Positions 40,705-52,097 of a stretch of DNA of 64,000 bases are shown piece by piece. The stretch lies in the NCBI GenBank assembly GCA_943704425.1, contig CALSCP010000335.1, forward strand, positions 77,235 to 141,234. Direction: 5' to 3'. The stretch's first letter is position 1. The number at the start of each line of letters is the position of its first letter. The stretch is from Ministeria vibrans ATCC 50519. Lineage: Eukaryota > Protista > Filasterea. The position numbers were made by a program, and so were the translations under genes. The notes beneath the pieces are model-generated. The model made no database searches. It saw nothing but the letters and a program-made list of their open reading frames with translations, and had not been told where the DNA came from.

Positions 40705-43506
40705 ATGCGTCCCGCCTCAAAGCCCAGTCGACTTGCCGAGGCAAATAGAAAAGCACGCGAGCGCGACAAGGCTGCTGCTTTGCTCGTGGTTGGGTCAGAG
40801 CGAATTGCAACGATTCAAACGCCGGCAACCAAACCGACACGAGCCAAACCGGCTCCTACCGCGTCCAAACGGTCCTTCTCAACATCCACGTCAGAAGCAG
40901 AAGGTAGGACGGTGGCGGGAAGAGCAGCAGAGCCACCGGCGCCTACGGCAAGCGGCAGGGCGCAGCGGAGTTTGTTTGGAAATTCAAAACGATTGCAAAG
41001 CGTTCCTGTTTCATCCAAAGCGATCGGTACTGCGGGTTGTGACCGAGAGAGTGGCGCTACCAGGAGGAAAGACGATGCTGGCGGCAGCGGAGACCGCGGT
41101 CGGTCGAACGAGCAGACGCAATCGGTGAATGTGTCGTCGTTGTCACTGAGTGACGCAGATCAATTGGAGAGTAGTGGCATTGACGACGACTTGTTGCTCA
41201 CCCCAGCCGCACCGATCACAGCCGACTTTCATCGCCGTGAAGTTAGTATGGGCGCTTCTTTGCCGTCTAGATCTGTCTCTTCATCCGGTGCCGGTGGCAA
41301 CGTTAAGGCCAAGCTGTGCTCGAACCTTGTTGAGCGTCTGAGACAGCAGCGCGACGAGGAGCACACGCAACAGAGGCTGGTGGAGGATGAGCGAAAGCGA
41401 CGCGAGCGCGATGTGCAACGAAGACGCGATGAAAGGGCGCGGCAAGAACGACAGGAAGCCATTGAGAGGCTCAACAAGCAGAGGGAGCGTCAACGCGAAC
41501 GCGAACGAGAACGAGAACGAGAACAAGAGCGAGAGCATGAAAAGGAAAAGGAGGAGAAGGAACGAGGGCAGGGCAGGGCGCGCCTGCGTGTCAGACCATC
41601 GCAAGTGCACGAGATATCACGACCATCCCCGCCGCCCGTGCCCGTTCCTGCAGTTGCAGGTGTAGATGATGATGAAGAAGAGGAGAAGGAGGAGATTGAG
41701 GAGGAGAACACGACTCTGCGAGTGTCTGCGAGTCACAGTGCTTACAGTGTAGCATCGTCGCCAGGCACAAGCGGTGCTCACGCGCATGCAGTTCAGTCAC
41801 CAAGAGTAACACACACACAACACCAGGACAAAGAAGAAGAGGCACGCACCGTTGCACACAACAAGCTCGCGTCCGTCATGGCGTATCTGGAGAAGATTGA
41901 GGCAAATGACAATGGCGGAGACGGCGGCGACGACGACGACAACGTCGACGACGTGGGAGACACCGGCTGCGGCACGTCTCGTGCGTCGACGTCGTTGACA
42001 TATGGCAGCACTGAGCTTGCTCATTGCAATCTTCCTGTGGCAGTTGCCATGCTGGACACTATTGAGCAGGAACAGAAGCAGAAGACAATGGAGACAATGC
42101 GACGGGCGCTGGAGCAGCAACGGGAGCGCGTGGCGACCATAGCGCGTGAAAAGGACCAGGAGCGCAAACAAAAGATGGCGCAGCAGCAGCGAGAGCATGA
42201 GACGGCCGTCAAACGCCACCTAAAGTTTATTGAGCAGCTGATTGAGGACAAGAAGGTACTGGCAGAGAAGTGTGAGACGCTGGTTGGGGAAGTGCGCGAT
42301 GGAGAGCGCAAGTGGAACGAGCGACTGCGCATCGCCGAAGACAACCACGCGCGGGAGTTGCGCTTGCAGCGCGAGAGAGTGGAGCTGGCGGACAAGGCAA
42401 AGCGAGGTGCTTGGGTGAGCGAGCGTACACGACAGATCAAGGAGGCGACCATTAAAGGACTCGAGCCGGAGATTCAGAGTCTGATTAGTCAGCATCAGCG
42501 AGAGATGCGCGAGCTCAAGGAGCAATGTGACGCCGAGGGACGGGCAGCTGTGGCGGAGGCAACGGCTCAAGGAGACGCACGGGTGGCGCAGGCACGCGAG
42601 AGGGCCGCGGAAGAACTGGCTCGTGCGTGCGAGCGGGAGAGGGACTCGGAACGACGGAGGTATGAGCGATTGGAGGCGGAGACGGAAGAGCAATGGGAGG
42701 AAAAAAAGCGACGCGTCGAGCGAGAGATGATGGCGGAGCGGGAGCGAGCGGAAGAGGCGCTGCAGACGCGAGTGGGTGAACTGGAGAAAGCAGTGGCTCA
42801 GGCGGAGCGGAGAGGTCGATTGGCGCGGGAGAGCGCACGGGAGGAAATGGAAAATGAGCGAGTGGAGTGGATGGAGGGGCAGCGAAAGCGCATGGCATCA
42901 CATATGGATACCCGCGAGGAGGAGATGCGCGAGGAAATGCGAAAAGAACGCGATCGCGAAATCGAAATGGTGATTGGACGTCTCGAAGAGGACGCAGCGA
43001 AGGCGGAGGAGGCAACCGCCAAAAAGTGGCAGACGCGTGTGGGCCAGTTAGAGACGGAGCTGGAGCGTGAGCGCGCCCGGACTCGCGCAGAACAGGATGA
43101 GATGGCGCGACGCGAGTCACAACTAAGCGAGAGCCGTGAGCAAACGGAGAAGGTGCGACGCGAACTGAAAGCATTGCAAAGCGAACAGAGCCGCGAGCGA
43201 GCGCGTTTGGTGGCGCTGGAGAGTGAACGTGCCACAGTTGAGCGCGCAGTGCGGAGCGAAGTATACGATCGTCAAGTGGAGCTAGAGCGAGAGATTGGCG
43301 AGTTGAGGGGCGCGCGTGTGCGAGACCGCGCCGAGTTTGACGCCGAGTTGGACGCGGTGCAGGTGCGTGTGCGACAGGCGGTGGCCAAGAAGGAAGACTC
43401 AGTGCGTGTGGTGCGTGCTCAACTGCAGCAAGCCAAGGCCCGCGCTGCCCAACTAGAGGCGTTGCTTGAGGCGCAGCGCGTTGAATTTCTCTCAAAGAAT
43501 AAGTGA
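40705..43506 (+). CDS. CEP131: Centriolar satellite protein CEP131/AZI1, single exon
   Basis: RHLKFIEQLIEDKKVLAEKCE, IKEATIKGLEPEIQSLI, RKERDREIEMVIGRLE, VRVRQAVAKKE. Confidence 0.92.
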   Translation: MRPASKPSRLAEANRKARERDKAAALLVVGSERIATIQTPATKPTRAKPAPTASKRSFSTSTSEAEGRTVAGRAAEPPAPTASGRAQRSLFGNSKRLQSVPVSSKAIGTAGCDRESGATRRKDDAGGSGDRGRSNEQTQSVNVSSLSLSDADQLESSGIDDDLLLTPAAPITADFHRREVSMGASLPSRSVSSSGAGGNVKAKLCSNLVERLRQQRDEEHTQQRLVEDERKRRERDVQRRRDERARQERQEAIERLNKQRERQREREREREREQEREHEKEKEEKERGQGRARLRVRPSQVHEISRPSPPPVPVPAVAGVDDDEEEEKEEIEEENTTLRVSASHSAYSVASSPGTSGAHAHAVQSPRVTHTQHQDKEEEARTVAHNKLASVMAYLEKIEANDNGGDGGDDDDNVDDVGDTGCGTSRASTSLTYGSTELAHCNLPVAVAMLDTIEQEQKQKTMETMRRALEQQRERVATIAREKDQERKQKMAQQQREHETAVKRHLKFIEQLIEDKKVLAEKCETLVGEVRDGERKWNERLRIAEDNHARELRLQRERVELADKAKRGAWVSERTRQIKEATIKGLEPEIQSLISQHQREMRELKEQCDAEGRAAVAEATAQGDARVAQARERAAEELARACERERDSERRRYERLEAETEEQWEEKKRRVEREMMAERERAEEALQTRVGELEKAVAQAERRGRLARESAREEMENERVEWMEGQRKRMASHMDTREEEMREEMRKERDREIEMVIGRLEEDAAKAEEATAKKWQTRVGQLETELERERARTRAEQDEMARRESQLSESREQTEKVRRELKALQSEQSRERARLVALESERATVERAVRSEVYDRQVELEREIGELRGARVRDRAEFDAELDAVQVRVRQAVAKKEDSVRVVRAQLQQAKARAAQLEALLEAQRVEFLSKNK

Positions 43507-43564
43507 TGTGAAGAAAAAGGGTGTGTTTTTTTGTATTGCTTTAAAAGATTATTATTTTTGGTTT

Positions 43565-46500
43565 TCAGAGGGTTGCATAAAGCAAATCTGACACAATCAC
43601 ATTGGCAAGAGTAATTTCGGTGACGAGTTCAATGTAGGTTGAGGGAGAAGCAAGGACAGACACGACATAATGAGTAAAGTGATGATGAACGGCAACGTAG
43701 ACGACAATGGCGGCAAGAGGAAGGAAGTAGGCAGCAAGCCACTGGTAGTATAGACGTGTCAGGTTCGTTGTGGGTGTGAGGCTGAGCCCAAGGAAGATAG
43801 GGACGAGCCAAAAGATGGCGATAAAAAGGGCCACGAGCCAATCGCCAAAGAGCTGAAAGGTGACCATCAGAGGAATGACGGTGAGGAGAGGCGAGAGCAA
43901 TGGTGCACACTCGAAGACGGTGCGCACACTAGATTGGCTTTCGATCAGTGCCATAATGTGCGAGTGGTTATCACCGCTGCCGTAGCCGCCACTGTCAAAA
44001 ATACGCGTGTCCGGCACATCGTCCTCTTGTGGGCAAGCGAGCGCACGATTGTCAACGATTCCAGCACTGCCACAGCCAATTGCCGACGACATAAACGACA
44101 CTTGAAGCGGCTGCGAATAGATACTCTGTCGATCGACGTCGCAAGCGGCGCCTGGCAGCAAAGGTGTCACAAGTTGAGAACGCATGGCGTCAGTGTCACT
44201 GCAGCCGCTAGTGTGACTGCCCGTCGTCTCGGTAAGATCCGCCGTGTCGCTGGTTGTCGCACGTTGACCGAGCAGACGGAGGAGAGCACGCTCTGCATCG
44301 CGACTCAACAGCATCATTCTGGCAGTGCGCTCGAGAGCCGGTACAATAGCAAGAAGAATCACAATGAAGTTTTCGGCGGCCACCGTGGCGCTCGTCAGGC
44401 CAATCACGTCGCCCAAAACCGTCACCATGAACATATCGAATTGGGGACCGCACGAAGGCATGAGGGTTGCCAGGTTGGATGCACGCAGATAGTTGGGCAT
44501 GCCAGGCGCAAGGAGTCCGCCAAACATGAGGCCGAGACTCGCGCAGATCAAGAGGCGCGACAGGAAGAGATTGCGTGCCGAGTGGTGCGCGCGACCGACA
44601 CACACCAAAAGTAACGCAACCGTTTGAAGGAGGTATGCCGCAAAGAAAAGCCCCAGGGAGATCCACTCGGCATCGCGCAGTGTAACAAAGGCCGGCGTAA
44701 ATACAGTCTCGCCCGGTGGCCAGGTGAGACTCAGGCCAAGATTCTCCGACATTTCTTGCACCGCCTGTTGTACACTGACGGTAGTGAGTGCATGAAACTG
44801 GATGCAAAGTAGACATAGGTAGCACACATTGCTGAGCCCAAGAAACGTCCGGCGGTACGGTAGACGCAATCCACACTCGCTTGGCCTACTCAGCTCATAG
44901 TCCTCGCGAAGAAACGCACGAATACAAGTCAGTCGAGCACCCAGGCGTTGTCTGAGCGAGAGACCAATCTTCGGCTTGTGCAATGTGGTGATGCGGATGC
45001 GCGAGCGCTGCGCTTGGTCCGTCGCCACCGTGTCTGTACTGCCTTGTGCGTCAGCCAACAGCACGTCGTGCACTTCTTCTTCCGCCGTACTGTTCGACGG
45101 GCGCGGCACAAAAACGAAGTATGTAAGCGAGACCATGAGAAAAAAGATGCACAGGACGATGGCCCACGGAAACGCAGCGGGGAAGCGAGAGTAAACACTG
45201 AAGCCGAAAAGAAGACCCACGAAGCACCCGAGCATGGACAAGGTGTAGAGCAGGAGAAGCGCGTAAAGTTTCTTGGCACGCGCGTCGTGTCCCTGGTACG
45301 TGGGAAGAAGCGCTGTCACGTCGGTGACGAGATCCCCTTCACGACGCGTGCGGTGGCGCTTGGCGAGAATGGAGTACATTTCGAAGACGTGCCGACGCAC
45401 ATCCGACACGTACTTGAACAAACAAAAGAAGGCAATAATGGAAAGAACCCAAAGGGTGAACCAGAGGCCGAGCCACCAGGAAGGCAGAGAGAACGCCTGG
45501 TAGTTGACAACGAGCGGAAGTGCACAGGAGAGAAGTCCAACGAGCAAAATGACGCAACCGAGCGAGCGAATGTTGCTCAGGTGACGAATCACTGTACGAC
45601 ACCAGATACGAAGGCAAGTCTCCGCACGAAGGAATCGCTCCGAGTCTGACTCGCTACACCGACTCGAATCTTGGTCGGATTCACCAAGGCTGTTGCTGTT
45701 GTTGCTGTTGTTGGTCACAATGTCATCGCCATCGTCGTCACTGTCACTCTCGTCCATGCTGTCGATGAGCACCACATCACTGTCGGCGCTCGTCGCACGA
45801 CTGTTCACTTCACTTCCGGCCTGACCCCCTCCGATGCTTCCAACCGCCTGCTCATCCCTTGCATCGTAACTAAGTTCATTGGTAATCTCGTTCGGCGACA
45901 GCGCGGCATTGTCAGTGGTGTGCAGGAAGACTTGTCGATGCGACGAGGAACGTCCACGCGACAAGGCATCGTCATGAATCACCTGACTGAATATCTGACT
46001 GGCATCACCATCATTGACCGTGTTGTTGATACCGCTGAGAAGCTGAGTGATGACAATCAAGACACACATACACCCGACGGACACGCCAAACACAAGGCCC
46101 ATGGTGAAAAAAAGCAATAAAAACGACTCGAAGCTGACCATGACACCGACAACCGAAATGGAAAGCAACTCGTCAAGCTGGCCACGCACAACGGGATTGC
46201 CTGTAAAGAAGGAGTTGGGATTGGGGCGGATGGTCATCAGGGGCGACAGAGGATCAACAAGGGGAAACAGAAAGAGCACCAAAAAGAAGCCCACAAGAAT
46301 GGAGGCCAACACTCCAACTTGTGCGCGATGCCAGACGGCAGACAAGCCGCTTGACGTGTAGAAAAAGTAGCCAATAGTGAGCCCGAGGAGCACAATAAAG
46401 GAAATGGTGAACGTAGCGCCACCAAAGAGTATCCAGATATCAAAGAATCGTTGTTCTTCCGTCACATTGACAATGGTGATGTTGAAACCCAGTGCCTGGA

Positions 46501-49500
46501 GAGACAAGAGGGAAAAGGCACGAAAAGGTTGCGACCAGAGCCAAGCACACATCACGATGCCCACGCCCACCAAACCGGAGACCAGCGCGACAACATTGTG
46601 CTGTTCAAGGAGCAACAGAGGCCGCAAGCGACGAGTGGGTAGCAAGCTCGTGCACGACGGCATCGACTTGAAAATTTGAGAGGGGCCTTTGCGAGGAGAC
46701 GTTCCCCAACAAGACGCGTGAGAGGGATACGAAGAGCAGAAAAAAAGCAGTCGGCCACAAGGGTGACGCATGCGTTGAGCAGATTTCAGGCAGTTCCTAC
46801 TGAGACGCTGGCGTATGCTCGGGCGTCGCATGACAAGCCAAACCCCGACAATGAAAAGCACAACAAGGACAAGGCAGCCTATGATGAGACCAATGTGATG
46901 ATTGGGCGCGTACACACCGCAAGCAGGCACGAGAGCAGCAATTTTGAACGAGAAGAACTCATCGGGATGGTTGCCGGGAAAACAAGTGGTGGAAAGGGAG
47001 GTGTTAGGCGCGTAGGACTGCGAAAATTGGCACGTTGAGCAGCCCTGTGAGCAGAAGAGACGCACCACAAGCTCGGTGTGAGAATGGTTGGCAACCATCA
47101 CGGGGATCAAGCCAACCTGCCACCAGCCAGCGTACGCCTTGGGGTCGCTCTGACGACAGACACCGTCGGCGGGACCGCGCAAGGGGACGATCGTTGTTGT
47201 ACCTGCTGCTGTCAAGGCGGGGGGACCTGTCGCAGTCGGGTGGTCACAGCCAGTGGTGTGATTGGCGACGAAAAGGACGAGATCGTCAGAGTTCATTTCG
47301 GTGCTCAAGGGTGCTGCAGCGCCCATGCACGTCTCGTCAAGCGGTCGATAGAGAAGGCTCAAGGAAGCTGAGACTGTCGATGTGACACACTCACGGTTGT
47401 TCAGTTGGGCCATTGAAAAAATGCACTCGGTGCAATTTGCGAAGCGACACAGCAAGCGAACGTTTGAAAGGCGCACGTCCAAGTTGCCGTCTGTGTCGCT
47501 GGCAATAGCATAGTACAAGGGTGAACTAGTAGCGGTAGGAAGGGAAACACACGTGCCGGTAGTTGTGGGCAAATAGAGTGCCGTAGCAAGAGATCCTGAG
47601 GAAGAGAGGGAACACGCAGGGGGATTGGAGGTTTGAAAGAAGAGAAACTCCACTGTTGACGATGTATTGAGAGTGTTGTCGCCGGCGCGACGTCGATTGT
47701 AGACGGGAAGTTGGTTCAGAAGTGAGCTGTCTGTGGTGGTGGCGGTGGTGGTGGTGGTGGTGGTGGTGGTAGAGGCAGTGATGGGGCGCTCGGGCGTCGA
47801 AGGAACCGATGACGACCATTCATGAGACGTTTCACTGAGTTCGCGATCACGGCGCGTGTCAACAGAAAATGCAACCCATTCGTCGACAGCCATATCCAAT
47901 GCATCAAGGTCAAAGGCGGCATTTGTATGACCATGAGCGGGTGTACGCCGAATGGCACGCGCAACGGCAGTTGGAGGCTGGTCATTCGAAGAAGAAAAGG
48001 AGCAGGGGGGCCAGCGAGGGTCGGCCTGCGAGCTGCAGTGTGAAGATATTTGGATGTAGCCGTGATACAGTTCGCACGAGTTTGGCTGAACCAAAGTGAC
48101 CACCTCGGGGTTTGGTAGGTAGGGGGCGACACTTGCGGGCACTCTGAGAGCGTTGTAAAGAAGCGCCTGGTTGAGATTGGGCCGACCCTTGTTGATAATT
48201 TGGTTGGTGATTTGGTTGATCGTGTCGACGGGCAGGGGAACGGAGGGAGCAATGAGGGTCACATTGAGCGACGACAAGTCAAAGTGGGTGATGTTGACGT
48301 AGACGCCTGGCTGAACGTCATTGGTGTAGGCGACAAAGCCGACGCCGACCAAATTGACAAAGTGCAACTCGAGAATCACTTGGGCAGTGGCATTGACGCA
48401 GGTGGTGCACTCGCAGGTTGCTCGAATGATACCCGATGCAATGGTCATGTTGATAAGATTTTCGCCTACAATGGTGAGAACGGGCGCACTCACGGTGGTG
48501 ACTGTGTCGAGGACTGTGTCAAGCACGTCGACGGACGTGCGAATGACAAAATCGCCGTTTTCATTCGCCTCGGCAATTGCAGCATTGAGTAGAGTCGAGG
48601 AGACGCGCAGTCCTGCAAGTAGGTAGGTGGAACCCACTTGTTGCTGCCACTGTGTCGGAGGCAGCAGGCTTGCGTCACAGGCGCTCGGGTCAACGTACTG
48701 ACTGTGTTCACCCGCGACAATTCCGCTCACGTTCAAGTCGATGCGGTTGTTGGCAACAAACGCGTACTGAGCAAGTTGGTAAGTGAGAGTCACTCCGTTA
48801 AACAAATTGTACGTGGTCGGCACAGAGTAAGCGTGAGAAAGGCCGTCTAGCGAGTGCTGGAGAGCGCTTTGCAACGCTTGTTGCACGGACCCTTTGGTGA
48901 TACCAAACATTTTCCTAAAATAATACAAGTATTGTGAGTGTGTCGATGTACGGTTTGAATTAGGATGAGGGAAAGGGTTAGAATACGGCGTAGGAATAGT
49001 TAGGGTTAGGGTTAGGGTTTAGAGTTAGGGTGAGGGTTAGGGTCAGGAGCAAACAAGAGACACAAAATGCTTACTCGATCATTGTGATAAGGAAACCCTG
49101 AGAGGCACACCCTGAGATGTCGATGGTTCCAGAGGAGATTTCGACCTGGCCCGTAATGTTGACAGGCGCGACCCCATTGGCTGTAATGGCGATGCTGAGC
49201 GACTCGACTGCGCTGGCTGTCACATAGTCGTTGCACAAGGTCGAACAAATACAGAAGACAACTGTGTGGCAGATTCGAGCATACGCGTACAGGTTGGAGA
49301 TCTGCACGGTCAGCATTCCGCGGATGAGTAGGCCATTCCGCGTGATTTGGATGCTTCGCGAACTGAGACCCAGCGAGAGAACAGGAGTGCCCTGGGTAGC
49401 CACATCGCCCCATGAGCTACAGTCTCCGCCCGGCTTGTACTGAGGCGGGATGGGAGTGGTCGCTGCGATGTGATTGAGCAAGTTGGTGATGAGACCGTCG

Positions 49501-50431
49501 GTCATCGTCAACTCACTATTGAACCCCAATTGGGTTGCCACGAAGTTGCCCATGGCAAACGAGGGATCGGCCGTCTGCGCTCGAGCCTGTGGGATCACCA
49601 CATCGGATAGCAGGAGCGTGAGGAAGGTAATAAGCTACGCAGAGAAATGATGAAAAAGTTAAAGAAATTACAAAAAGAAAAGAAGAGTAATACAATGCGT
49701 CTGCCATAGACTAACACGATGGAACACCCATAGACCCAATCTGACCCACAAATATGAAATGGGCTTTCACAGGAATAAAAAATGAATAGTTTAAAAATTT
49801 ATTAATCATAGTGTCTTTGTGATAATGTAATGAGGAGGGCAAATAGAAGGTTCATTCATAGAAGGCAATGGCAGAAGAGCGTGTCGTTCAGCGTCGAGAA
49901 TGTTATCATGTAACGAATAATGATGTAAACAGTTGAATCGACACGCCGCGGCGATTGTGTGCCGCAGCTTAATATTCATTGTGGTCGACGAGAAGAATAA
50001 CACCAAGCAAGGGAATAATGCGCGAAAATAAAAAAAATTGCAAGCTCTCTCGAAAATCGGTCAGAGTCATTCAATCGACCGTGGAGAGCACGAAATTGGT
50101 CATGGTTACAAAGGGTTTACCAATTATGTTTATGGAAACGCTGGCGAGGCAAGGGACAGGGTAAAAAGAGGAGAGGGGAGATGAAAGGGAGATGAAAGTT
50201 CGATGAGAAGGATTTTATGTAAATGGACGACTTTTAAAATATTGAATAAGAGGAAAATGGAGAAGCAGAAATAGATTACGGTCAGTGGCAACTGGGAAGA
50301 GTAGCAACAGGTGCTACGATGATCAAGAGTATAGGATGTATGCACAATCCCAGCGGGCCGACAGAAATGCGGAAAAAGGAAGTTTTGTTCTCAACACCTC
50401 CTCGCCTTCATACCTTCCATGTGAGCCTCAT
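43565..50431 (-). CDS. Large orphan membrane protein (~1,975 aa): signal peptide, BPI/TULIP-like ectodomain, two Cys-rich repeats, many TM helices
   Basis: Proposed exons 50431-50414 (MRLTWK), 49634-49075 and 48914-43565 splice in frame and give the signal peptide MRLTWKLITFLTLLLSDVVIPQARA; the first exon is inferred. Confidence 0.8.
49000..49047 (+). repeat. Interstitial telomere-like (TTAGGG)n tract inside an intron
   Basis: TTAGGG TTAGGG TTAGGG TTTAGAG TTAGGG TGAGGG TTAGGG TCAGG. Confidence 0.85.
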
Positions 50432-50819
50432 AGTGTTGATAGTGCTGATGTAGAAGTCAGTAGAACCTTTGTTTTCTTTGAAAAAGAGCTGTTAGATCAA
50501 AGTGAGGAAAAAAAAAGTGGGATGAAAATAATCAATGAATATAAATTTATGTCCCTCTCAGGATATGATATGGAGTATCTAGTGCCTATCACGTCACTTG
50601 TCCGACCACCAGGCAACCTTTCTTTGCTTCCTTTGACCTTTCGATGCTCCTGTAGCATAGAAAGTGGTTCTGAGCTATTTGTGAGGTCGCTTTTCGTTTG
50701 TGAACTTCTTCTTCAACTTTTCTTTTTTGATCTCTTGATCTCTTTTTATTGTTAATTTTTGTCACTGTATCATTAATAAATCGGTTGTATTCTTCTCTTC
50801 TTATTATTTTTGTTTTCTC

Positions 50820-52042
50820 ATGTCCTCTCGTCCTGCGCTTATCGAGCGCTTGAAATCAGAGCTGTTGCAATGCACGCTTCGCGTAGAGCGCCCACGAGAA
50901 ATCGAAATTCCTGTCGAGGTACAAACTCCGTACAATACAATCACCAAACAATTGAGGGTCGAACATTCTCATGGAATGCCATTGTGTCCGTATCCAGGTT
51001 CTACAGGCAGTACTGAAGGTGGTGCGTGCGCTTGGCAATCTGAAATTGACTTTTGTGGAGCTGCGCGCGAGCAGTTTGGGCAGATGTGTGACCAAGTTGA
51101 GCAAAATTTTGGGACGCAAAAAACCGGTCGCCGATCAAGGTCAGGCGGGTCAGAACGCCTTGAAAGAGTGTGTGGCGGCGACAAAAGCGTTGCTCGTATC
51201 GTTTCGGGCGCGTGTAGACCAGTACACGTCGCTGATGGAGCGGCTGGGCGCGTCCGAAGATGACTTGGACGAACTTACAAAGGCGGCGCGTCGTACGCGT
51301 CTGCTGGGTCCCCGAGGCCTACGCCGGAGTGCTCAGTCTGCTCGAATACACGCCAATCGTCACTTCAAAGAGGTGTCATCACTCGAGCAGCTGTGCGTGG
51401 ACAAGCTAATGCAATGTGCCGAACATGTCTTCAGTATTGGCGACGTGCCGCCGCGCTTGGTCGCTCGCTTCCTCAAATCCTGCTCGCCTTTGCAACTGCT
51501 TATTATGGAGCAGTACAATGGGCGTGAGATGCGCGACTACACCGCCAAGTTATGGCCGTCGCTGATTCACGAGGCCCATCCGCAACTTTATGAGACTGTC
51601 AAGGTCAGTACCGTACAATCTTTAACATTATTATTATTATCATTATTGTTTTGTTATTATTGTGTTGTTTTTGTCGCTTACTCTCCGTGACGCACATTTA
51701 TCTCTTTAACGCGGTTTTGTATCGTAGAAAGAATTGCTTGAATGTGGGCTATCGGTGAATGAAGAAGAAAACGACGAGGAGGAGAAGGAGGAGGAGGGGA
51801 GGGAAAAGACAGTGGCACCAACCTTCTTTCGGGATGAGTGGCTGCGACGCGCCCTTGCAAGTGAAGCCCGTTCGCAGCGTGCACGCGAAAGTGCCTTGCG
51901 GGCCGCTGAAAGTTTACACGCACCTACCACACGACTCATAGCAGTGCCTGCCCGTTCAGCGTCCACCGCCCAATCGTCCAACCCTGGTGCTCGTCGCCCA
52001 CCCACTAAAGCGCTTCTCAAGCAGTTTGGGTACAAGACTTGA
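50820..52042 (+). CDS. ELOA: Elongin A-like protein (TFIIS N-terminal domain plus BC-box)
   Basis: LTFVELRASSLGRCVTKL; VSSLEQLCVDKL..SIGDVPPRLVARFLKSCSPLQLLIMEQYN..LW. Confidence 0.78.
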
Positions 52043-52097
52043 GAAGATCTGTATTGAATAGTAATGTAAATAGTCATGATTCATTAATATTATTTGA

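Noticed and set aside
50085-50110. HEIGH zinc-protease-like motif on the plus strand
   Set aside because: Short frame, antisense within the proposed first intron of the membrane-protein gene
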